Notes: generated by a model from the sequence alone, not told the origin. A stretch of DNA of 64,000 nucleotides from Octopus sinensis (GCF_006345805.1 NC_043019.1:21141360-21205359), one strand, 5' to 3'. Positions 1 through 12,875 are shown, counted from the first letter of the stretch. Numbers and translations are program-made.

Positions 1-321
1 AATTTTTGGCAAAATATGTACCTTTTTAACAAAAAGTTAGTGAAATATTTTAAATGTTTACAGTTGGATAGATAGACAAATATAATGAAATAAATTGATA
101 AAAAATGTGAATTTTTAATTATTTTCTGAGATTTTACAAAAACAGCAAAAATATTTTAAAATTTTAATAACGATGTGTTATAATATTTTTATACTCATGC
201 ATAATATATAATATTATAATATTATAAACTTATGCACAACAATATTATAATATTGTTGTGCATAAGTTTATACAGACATGTAGGTAAAATACCGTAGGAA
301 AAGGATTGTAAAGCAGATCTT

Positions 322-549
322 TTAACCCTTTAGTGTTCAGATTACTCTGTTAAATGTAATACTTTTTCACTCAAATTGTTTTGAATCTCTCATGCATTAT
401 CTTACAGCTTTGAAGTTTCAATGATGTGATTGCTTATTTTTAGAATGTCAATGTAGGTTTGGTGTGAGAGGTTAGATATGGCTAGTTCAAATATAAGACA
501 AGTAGAATATCTGGGCCAGATGTGGCCGATTTAAACACTAAAGGCTTAA
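322..549. mobile_element. piggyBac-like MITE family A (further copies 9771-9966 and, inverted, 28943-29232)
   Basis: TTAA|CCCTTTAG...CTAAAGG(C/G)|TTAA termini; shared internal sequence between copies. Confidence 0.75.
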
Positions 550-1096
550 GCTGAGCCAATCAGGAGAGCTAGAAGTAGACCAAGAGCGAGACAGTTGGAT
601 AATAACGTTAGTCTCAGTTGATTATGCTTGGGGGTCCAGTGGGAAAGTATAACGACAGTTTCTTCTGATAGAACATATGGATGGGGAACCTGAGAGCATT
701 ACCCCAACAACACCTCCCAAGAATAGTGGACGGCAGAAATGGACGGATGTATAATACAGACACAAGAACACACGATGTAAGGGCAGGGTGTATGAACAGT
801 TAGACTGAGCATCTTAATTTGTTATTACTTTATTTTATCAACAGAAGGGTTAAAGGTACAAAGTTTACCTTATTGGGATTTGAACTCAGAATTTTGAGGG
901 GCATAAGCAAAATACCACAAGGCATTTTATCCAACCCTGGAATTGAACTCGGAATCTTGGGGTTAGTAGCCAGCGCTCTTAACCACTACGCCATATGGCG
1001 ACCTGAATAATAATAATGATAATTATAATAATAATAATAATAATAAACATTGAAAAATACCTTAGGAATGAGAACCCAGGTTTGAAATTTCCTCAA

Positions 1097-1142
1097 GACA
1101 CCTGATGAAGGCTGGAGGGTATATCAGCCGAAACGTTGTGTT
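1097..1142 (+). ncRNA. Minimal type-I hammerhead ribozyme-like motif in a Penelope-like terminal repeat
   Basis: GACAC-CUGAUGA-A-GGCUG(loop)CAGCC-GAAA-CG-UU-GUGUU; helix I 5 bp (one G.U), helix II 5 WC bp plus one G.U, palindromic ACGU helix III. Confidence 0.65.
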
Positions 1143-1544
1143 AACAACAAACAAGATAAGGACAAATATCCGTCAAATGTAAATAATGTACATAATTCCT
1201 CATCTCTTAAATATAGAAACTGTGCAACCAGCTCTTACGTGTTATGTCATGTTGACCCATTAAAACTGAACTCATTGATTTTATACTCAATAAAGCCGTT
1301 GCCTCCTACTATTTCTTGCCTATTCTAGAACACATTTACACTCCTATTCCATTGTCTTTTTATCTTTATCTCTGTTTCTTTATCACTGTGAGCAAACCTC
1401 TCCTTTCTCTATGTAACCACCTGTCTGTGTCTATTTTTATCTATTATTATTATTACCATATATCTGGTTTTTCCCTTATCTCTAATTTAGATGTGATTTA
1501 TATTCCTGTCGGTCTGTTTGTCTGTCTCTCTATCTCTTACTCTT

Positions 1545-1937
1545 TTACTCTTTTATTTGTTTCAGTCATTTGACTGCGGCCATGCTGGAGCACCGCCTTT
1601 AGTCGAGCAAATCGACCCTGGGACTTATTCTTTGTAAGCCCAGTACTTATTCTATCGGTCTCTTTTGCCGAACCGCTAAGTGATGGGGATGTAAACACAC
1701 CAGCATCGGTTGTCAAGCAATGCTAGGGGGACAAACACACACACACGAATATTTATATATATATATATATATACGACAGGCTTCTTTCAGTTTCTGTCTA
1801 CCAAATCCACTCACAAGGCATTGGTCGGCCCGGGGCTATAGCAGAAGACACTTGCCCAAGATGCCACGCAGTGGGACTGAACCCGGAACCATGTGGTTGG
1901 TTAGCAAGCTACTTACCACACAGCCACTCCTGCGCCT
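1545..1937 (-). mobile_element. tRNA-derived SINE family A
   Basis: Head GGCGCAGGAGTGGCTGTGTGGT (A-box like), GGTTCAGTCC (B-box like), internal TA/CA microsatellite, tail ...CAGTCAAATGACTGAAAC. Confidence 0.9.
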
Positions 1938-2900
1938 ATCTCTCTATCTTTCTATCTGTTTGTCTTTCTATCTGTCTGTCTTTCTATCTGTCTGTCTGTC
2001 TATCTATCTATCCTGCCAATCTCTCTCTGTGTATCTCTATCAGTCACTTGGTATCTGTATCTCACACTCTCTCTAGCTTTGTTTTCTTTAATCTTGTAGT
2101 CAGTGAGGGAAGGGCAGTGTTCCTGACCTTTTATAGGGTCTGTAGGGGATGGAGGGAGGAAGATAAACCTCAAACAAGAGACCCAAGATGCCAGGTTGTG
2201 ATGTTATTTAACCAGACTCCCTATTCGCTGATGGAATAGGGAGTGGTTGGAGATCACGTGGTTGGAGTGGTCGTTAGCCCCAAATCGCCAGGCCTGGTCA
2301 GCGTTTGTGAGAGATGCAGCATTGAGGATGAATGAAGCCAGCTCAACCCACCCCGGGTGAATGCTATCTCAAGACAAAAGAAGACATGGCTGGGTTTGAA
2401 CTCTGAATGCAATGAGTCAGAACAAATACAAGATATTTTATCTAACACCCTGCCAATTCCATCAGTCCACCATCTTAAATTGGTGTTTTATCAACCCTAG
2501 AAGGGTGAAGTGAGAAAACAAAAAGCCTGGATTTACTTGTCATACATGGAGAATTACTGTGGATGTTTACTCTACTTGCATTTTTTGGTGTTTGATTGTT
2601 GGATATAGTTAACCAAATTCATTTAACACTAAATATCTGCCTGGATTTATTAATCCATTTTATATATTTGTACATCTGTATACATCTCTTTGTATGTCTA
2701 TCCGTGTTTGTATTTCTTTAGCTATTTCTTTTTCTCTCACTATCTCTATCTACCTCTGTGTATCTCTATGTCGCTATCATTGTCTCTATCCCTATCTATC
2801 CATATAAAGGAAATACTAGAAGTGAAACACACCTCAAGTCAACCATCTCTACCATTTTGTAATGAATTTACACATTCATATCCCATGTTCCTTGTTTCAG

Positions 2901-3000
2901 ATCACCAACTTCCCAGGTAAAACAGACCAACAGCTACAGTGTGCCAGTATTAATGATACATCTGACACCTGGATTCTTGAAACAGAATTTAAACTGAAAG
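2901..3000 (+). CDS. LRP1: LRP1 exon 1 (window numbering), propeller 1
   Basis: ttgtttcag|ATC...AAAG|gtaaat; ITNFPGKTDQQLQCASINDTSDTWILETEFKLK(G); phase 1 matches next exon. Confidence 0.8.
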
Positions 3001-3069
3001 GTAAATTTTATAGACAACAATCAGCTGTGGCTGTGAGTAATTTCATTCAAAAGTGTTTGATACATACAT

Positions 3070-3150
3070 ACCTGTATGTATGTATATACATATGTGTATA
3101 TATATATATAATGTATGTATATACATATGTGTGTGTGTGTATATATATAT

Positions 3151-3181
<31 letters not shown>

Positions 3182-3198
3182 ATACATATGTTGTGTGT

Positions 3199-3240
<42 letters not shown>

Positions 3241-3528
3241 GTATGTATGTATATACATATGTGTGTGTATATATATATATATATGTATGTATGTATATAC
3301 ATATGTGTGTGTATTATATATATATATGTATGTATATACATATGTGTATGTATGTATATACATATGTGTGTATATATATATATATATATGTATTATACAT
3401 ATGTGTGTGTATATATATATTATATATATGTATGTGTATATATATATATATGTATGTATGTACATATGTGTATATATATATATGTATGTATGTACATATG
3501 TGTATATATATATATATGTATGTATGTA

Positions 3529-3567
<39 letters not shown>

Positions 3568-3620
3568 ATATATTTATATATTTATGTACATGTGTATGTA
3601 TATACATATGTATATATAAG
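3070..3620. repeat. Compound (TA)n/(TATG)n/(TG)n microsatellite
   Basis: Direct inspection; source of spurious YI/VC-rich ORFs. Confidence 0.97.
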
Positions 3621-3894
3621 AGGTAATGGTGTCATTGAGATCCAAAGGTGTCAGGTAATTCTGAGTAAGTGCTATAGGCAGACTGTAGTTAAGTTCCATG
3701 TCTGGCCATAGAGAAACAATACCTTGCTTTGAAACAGGTGACGGGAAGGGCATTTGACTATAGAGAATCTCCTTCAACTAATTTCTTTTTTACCCCATGT
3801 AAGCATGGAAGAGTGGAAGTTAAAAAAATTATGGTGATTAGATGATGGTGATATTAAAAATGATAATAATGTATTGAAATTACTTTTCTTCTAG

Positions 3895-4060
3895 GAATTG
3901 CTGATATTGCGTATGATTGGATTGGTAAAAACTGGTATTTTTCTCACAAAAACCGTGGAACGATATTTCTATGTACTGAAAATGGTAAACTGTGCCAGAT
4001 TATAAACCATATTGGTAAAGGGCGCAGAATACGATCGCTGATTCTAGATCCAACTAAAGG
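3895..4060 (+). CDS. LRP1: LRP1 exon 2, propeller 1
   Basis: cttctag|GAATT...AAAGG|gtaagt; IADIAYDWIGKNWYFSHKNRGTIFLCTENGKLCQIINHIGKGRRIRSLILDPTKG. Confidence 0.92.
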
Positions 4061-4334
4061 GTAAGTGAATGACTCCAGATTGTTTCTGATCTGATTAGGG
4101 CATTGAAATTAACAAGTGAACCATTCTGTTGATATTGTGTGTGCTAATAGTTGTGGAGGGCTCAAGAACAGTGGTTAAAATTCTCTGATTATGGTAATTT
4201 ACAGGATTGTTTTTAGCTTATTAAACTATTTTGCTTTTCAATGCAAAATTAATGTGCTTCTGTTTTCTGTACTAATGTCTACAGATATATTTCTATAAAA
4301 ATTCATCTTTGTGTTTTCTTCATCTCTTCTACAG

Positions 4335-4554
4335 CTTTCTGTTTTATGCTGATACCATTTCACATGTGATCTCTCGAATGACACTCGAAGGTAAAGATCT
4401 GAAGTCTTTGGTACACAAGAAGACCTTTTATCCAACTGGACTGGCACTTGACTTTGCTAACGAGCATGTCTATTGGTCAGACACATTTTACGAAAGTTTG
4501 GAACGGGTCTCGTATAACGGAGACGATCGTAGTATTGTCTTTCACGGCATTCAG
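4335..4554 (+). CDS. LRP1: LRP1 exon 3, propeller 1
   Basis: ctacag|CTTT...TTCAG|gtaggt; FLFYADTISHVISRMTLEGKDLKSLVHKKTFYPTGLALDFANEHVYWSDTFYESLERVSYNGDDRSIVFHGIQ. Confidence 0.94.
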
Positions 4555-5324
4555 GTAGGTTTGTTGGTTTGATTTCTTTCGTTTCTAATTTTACCTTTGG
4601 TTGATAAGCTGACAGAATCATTAGCATGCTGGCCAAAATGCTTTGAGGCATTTCATCTGTCTTTATGTTCTGAGTTCAAATTCTGCTGTGGTCAACTTTG
4701 CCTTTCATCCTTTCGGGGTCAATGAAGCAAGTACCAGTCAAGTACAGGGGTTGATGTAATCAACTTAACCCCTTCCCTGAACATGCTGACTTTGTGCCAG
4801 AATTTGAACCCAATTTTACCTCGGTTAATGCTCCTACTTCTGCTACTGCTTTCTGTATTTCTATTGTCACCATCACCACTACTGTTGTTTGCTTCTACTA
4901 CTACTACTTCTACTACTATTACATCTATCTTAGTTAATCTCAGATTCATTTATTAATGACCTGAGATAATATGGTATACTCAATTTTTTTTTCCATCTTT
5001 GATCGTATTGTATGCAGTAGACGTATTTAGATATGAAACAGCACAAGAAATCCGTACTGGTTATAATTTCTAAAGAAAATCTGTAGTGATAATCTTAAAA
5101 TGTGCTTCAAAATTGATCATCTGGTTTAGCACCTAAGCAAGCTAAAGTGAAATTTGAACTCAGAATATAAAGAGCCAGAACAAATACTACAAACCATCTG
5201 GTTCGAGAAGCTTACAATTCTGCTAATTTTACTACTTATATCCATTAATTCTGTACATTTCACATGCTCTCTGTCATACAGATCTAATAAAAATTATTTT
5301 TGCATGCATGCATGTATGTATGTA

Positions 5325-5358
<34 letters not shown>

Positions 5359-5377
5359 CATACATACAAACACACAC

Positions 5378-5412
<35 letters not shown>

Positions 5413-8307
5413 CAGACAGACAGAGGTATACATATATAGGTATATACAGGGTGTGATGAGTAAATTTTCGCCATTTTCTATTTTGGATTTTTGTCGACTA
5501 CACAGTATAGTAGGGTCAGTTGGGAACTGTCTGTGAGAAAAACAGCGCCATAATGCAATTCACACTGTCAGAAATTTGGAAAAGATATGCTGTACTGCTT
5601 GGCATTTGCACTGGAAGCTCCAATATGAACATTTCAAAGTGTTTGGTGCTTTCATCGACAACATGATTGCAACCTACTGCAGCATAACTTTTACCTTCCC
5701 AGAACATTACAAGTTAGAATAAACATAAAATGATGTTTTATGGAGTGTCTATTTACTTCTGCTATGTCTGTGTATGTGGTGTGTGTGTGTGTGAATATTT
5801 GATAAGTGTAAGCACCTGTATATGCCAGATTGTGGCAGAGATAAGAGAATATATCAAATGTAAATTAAAAACAGGACACAAAGAATCCTTTGTGTTCTGT
5901 TTTTAATTTACGTTTGATATATATATATATATTTACACACATACACACACACACACACGCAGGCTGTGGTGAATAAACTGTCATATCAATTATGCAGAAA
6001 TGAATGAAAAGGTTGCAAGATGCAACAAAAATTTTAGAAAAATAAAAAAAAGAAAGAAGTGGAAATTTTACCAGTGAGTGTGTTAAATTATAAGGCACCA
6101 AAAGAGAATGACTCTCCCCAGACACAACAGAAAATAACATTGACATCTCATTATAACAGATATATTTGCCAAAATAACATAAAAATATCTTGAAATACTG
6201 AAGAGTAATTGGTTCAATGTCAGTGCACCAATTATTGGGGGAAAATTTACCTTTACAGTTGGATGCCTTCTGTTACTTTCTCAACTATGAATTAAGATTG
6301 TTATTTTTGTATAACAAGTTTTTCTGTGTGCAGGTGTGTGCACAATAGGTTTCTTTGTGTATCTCTACTGAAGGATGAAGGGCAACAGTGACCTTAAACT
6401 AATAACCTTTACATTCTGATAATTATTTAATATGGGACTATATTTATATCATCATCATCATCGTTTAATGTCCATTCTCCATGCTAGCATGGGTTGGACG
6501 GTTCGACCGGGGATCTGGGAAGCCAGAAGGCTGCACCAGGCTCTAGTCTAATCTGGCAGTGTTTCTACTGCTGGATGCCCTTCCTAATACCAACCACTCT
6601 GTGAGTGTAGTGGGTGCTTTTTACGTGCCAGGTGAGGCTGGCATCGGCCACGTTCGGATGGCGCTTTTTACATGCCACCGGCACAGGGATCACAACTGCA
6701 ATTTCCATTGAGTTTTGATATATAGATATATACATATATCATCATCATCATTGTTTAATGTCTGCCTTCCATGCTGGCATGGGTTGGACGGTTTGACAGG
6801 AACCAGCCAGGCAGAAGACTACATCAGTCTTCTGTCTGGTTTGGCATGGTTTTTCTGGTTGTAATCCCTTCCTGACACCAACGATCCACTAGAGTGGACT
6901 GAGTGCTTTTGATGTGGCATTAGTACAGGTGAGGTCAGTTTTGGCAAGGTTTTTACAGCTGGATATCTTTCCAAATGCTAACCACTTTGCAATGTGGATA
7001 GGATGCTTTTTACGAGAGGGGAAGGGGGCATTGGAGGAGGTTATCTTGTGTCAGATGAGGAAAGGCTAGAGTGTGACTGAGAGGCAGAAACAGGTGTCTT
7101 GTATTAGAGGAGGTACAAGGTTACCTCTTCAGAGAGAGAGAGAGAGAGAGGTTAAATAACAGGACTGAAATAGTTCTACTGCTGTAAAGGAGGTACTTGG
7201 TTAACTAACCAGAGGGAAGAGCAAGAGAAGGAAAGATAGAGAGTGACCAAGAATGATGGCAGAAACAGGTGTGCAGAGGAAAGAGCAAGGGAAAGACAGA
7301 GAGAGCAAGAGAGGGCAGGAGAGAGATGGTGGTGAAGTGCCAGGGTATACTCATAGGGAACAGGGATCAGAGCATAGATGGGATACATTAGTCTGATGGG
7401 TTACTCTGTACTTTTGTAGAGTACAAATTTATTATTAACAAGTAATATTTGTAGTCACTTTAACATGGCTGTCCATTTGAGTGGATTCTACTGTGACTTT
7501 TTAACCCCAAGAGGACATCTCCTCTAGCTGGTTAACAATGCACAGCTGCACTAGTACTTGGGATCACCAAGTAACATACATGCCGGACAAGGCTCCTTCA
7601 CAGAATGGGCAGGAGTCAGTATTAAGGGAGGTGAGTATAGAGGGGCTAAATTAGGAAAGAAGGATTAGAACAAGTGGTTATCTTACTGAAGAGGAGATAC
7701 ATGGGTACCTCAGGAGGAGGGGTGCTTTCAACATACAAGAAGGTGTATAGAGAGGGAATACAAAAAAAAATAAAATATACAACTAGAAATAATTAATTAA
7801 AAAGAGAATAAAAACCATATTAGTCATTGACTGATGTTATTTTAATGGGTTTCTGAACAGCATTTGTGACAACTAATATACTTCAGTGTTATTAGACCTC
7901 TTTAGCCAAGCATAGCCTTTACTGTTCGTGTTCATGTAAGTGAATGTACAAGACTGTACACTTGTTGGTGGAAGAGAAATATATATATTTCTGAGAAAGA
8001 AATCTTCTTGATTCTTACTGAGGTCAATGTTGCTGTTTATCCTTCTGGAGCAGAGCTGGATCAAGATTTTATAGGCTTCTGTACTGCAAATACTATGAAA
8101 CCCTCTCTGTGATATTTTTAGTAACTTGTCCCTAAATCTCTGGAGCCACCACACCCCACCTGCTCCCTAAGTAGAGGGCCTTTAGCTGCACACATTTAAA
8201 AGTTGATGTTACATTAATTTTATTGTTTTTGTTTGAAATAATTTGTTTTACTATTTTCATATCTCTGTGTCTTGGTGTCTTGTAATGGTTTTTTTCCTAA
8301 TCTTCAG

Positions 8308-8494
8308 GTGAAGCATGTCTATGGAATATCCCTCCTGGAAAATTCTATATACCTAGCATACCATTACTTTGGCACCATCAACAAGTTTGACAGATTTGAC
8401 CACACTTCCAAACCAGTAACAATAAAGAATTTTTTGACAAACCCAACTTCCATCCATGTCTACCACCGACAAAGGCAGCCTGACTTGGAAAGAG
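8308..8494 (+). CDS. LRP1: LRP1 exon 4, end of propeller 1
   Basis: tcttcag|GTG...AGAG|gtaaat; VKHVYGISLLENSIYLAYHYFGTINKFDRFDHTSKPVTIKNFLTNPTSIHVYHRQRQPDLER. Confidence 0.92.
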
Positions 8495-9450
8495 GTAAAT
8501 ATTTATCACATCTTAAGAAAAGAAAAAAAAGCAAGAATCAAGGATATTAAACCCAGGTATTTCCTTGCTTTGATCCAACGGTAGAATGCCTGTCACATTT
8601 ACAGCAAATGTCCAACCCATGCCAGCATGAAAAACAGACATTAAATGATGATTATGATTGGGTCATGTACCAGGATTCATATCCCAGGATTCATATCTCA
8701 TGGACAGCTTTCAACTCATCCTCTCTGAAGGGTTTTTTAATCCAGTATTTACACACTATTATTTATAGTTTTATCTGTTTCAAGATTCACCACTCCAAAA
8801 AAGAATTATATCAACTTACCCTGCCCCCATTTTCACCTACCCACCTACTCTGCCCATGATTTTTTGCCATAGACATTGTCCAAGCTGGACATTATCTTGA
8901 TCAGTCACCACCTGAGAAATACCTACAAAGGTGATGGCCCCTGCCTCCTGACAAATTTCTATGAAATTTGTTCTTCATGTCTCTGAAAATAACTGGCTTT
9001 GTGCCAATATTGGTGTAAAAGTCATGGTTACAGTGAGTGTATGTAATAGAAAAATCAGGACCTGGTTGGGCTCTTGCTTTCTATGCAACCCTCCTTTCTT
9101 AGGTTTCTCTGATCATTTCTGATTCTCAGTGCTGTACTCCAGAGTACACAATACATAACCACAGTGAATGGTCTTGAGCAAGATGTTCCCAAGTACACTG
9201 CTCCAAGCTACAAGGTTATTTTGAGAGTGTTTTTGTTTCCCCTTCTTTGGTCTACCGCTTGACCAAGAGCCAACAGTTAGTTCACCAATGTCAAAGATCC
9301 TTGACAGCTGGTAAGACTTTGTACTGGAATAGCTTTATTCAATCCATGCAGGCAGGAGAAAAGAAAAACAAGTGTATGAAGTTATTGATTATGGTCATGA
9401 CCTATAAAACTTTAAAGTTTAACAATCTTCTTTCTTTCTCTTTTTAACAG

Positions 9451-9564
9451 TAGCTGACCCCGACTGTGAACAAATAATGGTTTCTATACCAACTAAAGCG
9501 AAAGCTAAGTTAAAATGTATGTGCCAGTCAGGATATGTGATTACCAATGGAACCAAATGCACAA
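9451..9564 (+). CDS. LRP1: LRP1 exon 5, four-cysteine EGF-like module
   Basis: ttaacag|TAG...ACAA|gtaagt; (V)ADPDCEQIMVSIPTKAKAKLKCMCQSGYVITNGTKCT; phase 1/1; missed by the ORF track. Confidence 0.88.
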
Positions 9565-10697
9565 GTAAGTCTTCTATTGTCTTTTACTTAGCCAAATGTT
9601 AGGTAAACATGTAAAGAATTTCCTATTAGCATATGGAACATGTGTAATGGTGAATAAATAATACCAAAAAATTTCCAATTTCGTTATATATGATATTACA
9701 CATGTGCATCTCCTTATATTCTGTAACTTAGCAGTGTGACAAACAGTATGATAAAACAGTGACAGATTACTTAACCCTTTAGCATTCAGGTTACTCTGCC
9801 AAATATGTTTTGCATTAATCATGCTTTATATTGTAGCTTTGAGATTTGGATGATGTGATTGTTTATTTTTAGAATGACATTGTAGGGCAGATGTGAGAGG
9901 CTGGATCTGGCCTGTTTGAACATAAAACAGATAGAATATGGCCAGTTTAAATGCTAAAGGGTTTAAAATAAACCCTTAAAGAGGTGCCTTGGTGAAGCCT
10001 GAAACCAGTAAAAAATTATATTTTAACTCACCAAAATCTCACAATATTTGTACCTAAAAATCTGTAATATATATTGTAACTCTATCTTTTTTCTGCCTAT
10101 GGTTATAATGCTACCCACCCTCGGTTTCAACCCTGGTGTTTTGTAATAAATTCCTTGCAATATACACAAGTAAATATTGTATATTCTTTAAGATATTATC
10201 CCTCTCTTCCTAATAGATCATCTCAGTTGTCTTACGTTAATTGTTATATTAACAGTAAAGTATAAGGGTGCACATTTTTCAGAATTAGACTGAGCTGAAG
10301 TAAATCAAATTTTTGTTTTTTGTAGTTTTTTAGCTGCTGAAAATTGTTTGAAAAATTTATTCTGATTTTATTTGTTTTGAAAAAAAAAAAATGTTGTGTC
10401 AAATACATAAGATTAACTGTTAATTCTTTAATAGCATATAAGGCAACCATTTTTCCTCACAAAAAAATGTTTCCAAAAATTACTCCAGATTTTATCTGTG
10501 AAGTAGGGTCTTCCACAAGCTCATGATGCACTAAAAAGATTTCTTTTTTTTGCCAGTTGTGGATTAAATAACATGTAACTGCTCAAGCCAGTGTTTGTTG
10601 AAATACACATCCATGTCTCTTTTATGCCATCAAATATGGTAATTTGGTCTTTTTAGTGCAGAATAATTAACATGATTAAAATTTTTATTTACTCTAG

Positions 10698-10943
10698 AAA
10701 TTAATGAAACTGAATTCCTGTTGTATACAAATGCTGAAGAAGGAACAATTGTTGGGGCATCGATGCAACCAAATTTTAAGAATGACATGATGAAACCAGT
10801 CCAAGGTTTATTACGACCTGCAGCTATTGCCTTTGATTCCCAGTCCGGCCATATTTTCTACTCTGACATTGCACGGCGACAGATTGGTCGATATGATGTA
10901 CATAATGAAACTCTTATAGAAAATTTTGTCAATGTTACACATG
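10698..10943 (+). CDS. LRP1: LRP1 exon 6, start of propeller 2
   Basis: actctag|AAATT...CATG|gtatgt; INETEFLLYTNAEEGTIVGASMQPNFKNDMMKPVQGLLRPAAIAFDSQSGHIFYSDIARRQIGRYDVHNETLIENFVNVTH. Confidence 0.93.
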
Positions 10944-11039
10944 GTATGTTACCATTTTTGAAAATTTTTATGTCGTTTAAATACAAGTTATGTTAAAAGT
11001 AAACACATCAAAACTTTTGACATTTTATTTATATTATTA

Positions 11040-11594
11040 TTGAGTGAGAGAGCAGTGCATGCCATCAAAGTGACACTGGGGTAAAATATTCGAAGCCCAG
11101 TATACCCATCATGACTATCTGTCTGATAAGGGTACACTAGGCACATGCATCACCACCTGTGTGCGCGACATGGTGATCTCATATCAAGATAAACAGCACA
11201 TGACCTTGCAGGTGGGGCCCAGTTAGAATTTTCTTCAGGTCGAGTAACCCATCTCACTCGAAAGGTCCCTGAATAAGGGTTGTTTAAGGATGTTGAACAA
11301 AACGCCCATGTTTCCAGAGGTGAATTATTCAAACCCCAAAGAATCCCTCTCAACACACGGCTATGATGCTCCCCCACTACTTCTGCTCGTGATCAGAGAT
11401 GCACATATCGTCAGCCACTAAGGGACATGCTCAACTGGTTACGGTCAAACAACTGACAAGCAAATCTGTGGTATTGAGCAGAATATTTGCTGTAGCCCAT
11501 CTTTTATACCAAGACAAAACAATGTACATGATAACACTTCCAATCAGTTAAGATCAGAAGCCATGAGAGCCACTGCCCGGTACTGCATCAGGGC

Positions 11595-11597
<3 letters not shown>
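11040..11597. mobile_element. About 560-bp unclassified repeat (family D) embedded in (ATT)n; second full copy 26722-27283, partial inverted copy 61505-61680
   Basis: Begins GAGTGAGAGAGCAGTGCATGCC and ends GCATCAGGGC(A/C)TTTATTATT; copies align end to end. Confidence 0.85.
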
Positions 11598-11638
<41 letters not shown>

Positions 11639-11639
<1 letters not shown>

Positions 11640-11870
11640 AGGCAGCGAGCTGGCAGAATCGTTAGCATGCTGGATGAAATGCTTAGCGGTATTTTGCCTG
11701 TGTTACGTTGTGAGTTCAAATTCCGCCGAGGTCGACTTTGCCTTTCATCCTTTCGGGGTCGATAAATTAAGTACCAGTGACGCACTGGGGTCGATGTAAT
11801 CGACTTAATATCTATGTCTGTCCTTGTTTGTCCCCTCTGTGTTTAGCCCCTTGTGGGTAATAAAGAAATA
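11639..11870 (+). mobile_element. tRNA-derived SINE family B (core GCCTTTCATCCTTTCGGGGTCGATAAA..AGTACC)
   Basis: Head AAGGCRGCGAGCTGGCAGAA, B-box-like GAGTTCAAATTCC; many degenerate copies (4610-4830, 26256-26720, 31545-31760, 35688-35890). Confidence 0.88.
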
Positions 11871-12695
11871 GTTATTTTGCCTGTCACTACGTTTTAAGTT
11901 CAAATTCCACCACGATCAACTTTGCTTTCATCCTTTTGGTGGGGGTCAATAAATAAAGTAGCAGTGAAGTACTGGGGTCAGTGTAATCAACTAGTCCCCT
12001 CCTCACAAATTTTGAGGCCTTGTACCTATAGTAGAAAGGATTGTTATATAAGGCAGTGAGCTCAACTGGTACTTATTTAATCAACCTCCAAAAGGATGAT
12101 AAGCAAAGTCATCCCTGGTGGAATTTGAATTCAGAACATAAAGACGAACAAAATGCCCGGCATGCTAACAATTCTGCCAGCTCACCGCTTTATCACATTG
12201 GACAAAATATTTAGTGTTATTTCTTCTGACCCATTATGTTTTGAGTTGAAATCCTTCTAACGTCAACTTCGCTTTTAATCCTCGACTGGCTTCTGTGCAG
12301 GTGGCACGTAAAATGCACCAATCCGACCGTGGCCAATGCCAGCCTCGCCCGGCACCAGTGCAGGTGGCACTTAAAAAGCACCCACTACACTCACGGAGTG
12401 GTTGGCGTTAGGAAGGGCATCCAGCTGTAGAAACATTGCCAGATAAGACCGGAGCCTGGTGCAGCCTTCTGGCTTCCCAGATCCCCGGTCGAACCGTCCA
12501 ACCCATGCTAGCATGGAAAGCAGACGTTAAACGATGATGATGATGATGATGATAAGGTCAGTAAAATAAGAGTACCTGTCAAATACTGGGATCAAAGGAC
12601 GAGTTATATGATAGATATGTAATTAAATATATGTAACTTTTTCTGAATGCTGAGTTTTTTAATTTTTTAATTTTTTATTTTCCTGTGTCTCTTAG

Positions 12696-12867
12696 GGACC
12701 ATAACATGTGGCGGACTGGCTATAGACCCCCTTGGAAGAAATCTTTTCTGGACTGATCAACGTCTTCAGACAATCAATGTTCTCAATTTGGACCACAGAG
12801 AAAGCTGGAAAGTGATTTCCACTAACACGATACACCCGAAAGCTATTGTCGTGGATCCACTGGGAGG
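12696..12867 (+). CDS. LRP1: LRP1 exon 7, propeller 2
   Basis: ctcttag|GGACC...GGAGG|gtaaca; TITCGGLAIDPLGRNLFWTDQRLQTINVLNLDHRESWKVISTNTIHPKAIVVDPLGG. Confidence 0.92.
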
Positions 12868-12875
12868 GTAACACC

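Noticed and set aside
1-2900. Searched for an additional upstream LRP1 exon or promoter
   Set aside because: No exon matching the preceding LRP1 segment was found; the region is repeats, and the gene start lies outside the window.
3043-3711. Many long ORFs (YIYI/VCVC-rich); also 38696-39303, 42060-42676 and 52785-53022
   Set aside because: Translations of TA/TG microsatellites with no splice or domain support.
6190-6260. CTGAAGA followed by a 9-bp stem and GAAAA
   Set aside because: Five extra bases separate the stem from GAAA and no helix I can form.
8700-9300. Possible CR1/L2 LINE remnant on the minus strand
   Set aside because: Only a weak LEYS-like motif; too degraded to call without a profile search.
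11405-11415. Other CTGANGA hits (11408 minus, 17697 minus, 23223, 23622, 46885, 50084, 63066, and exonic SDE codons)
   Set aside because: No helix II closed directly by GAAA, so not hammerheads.
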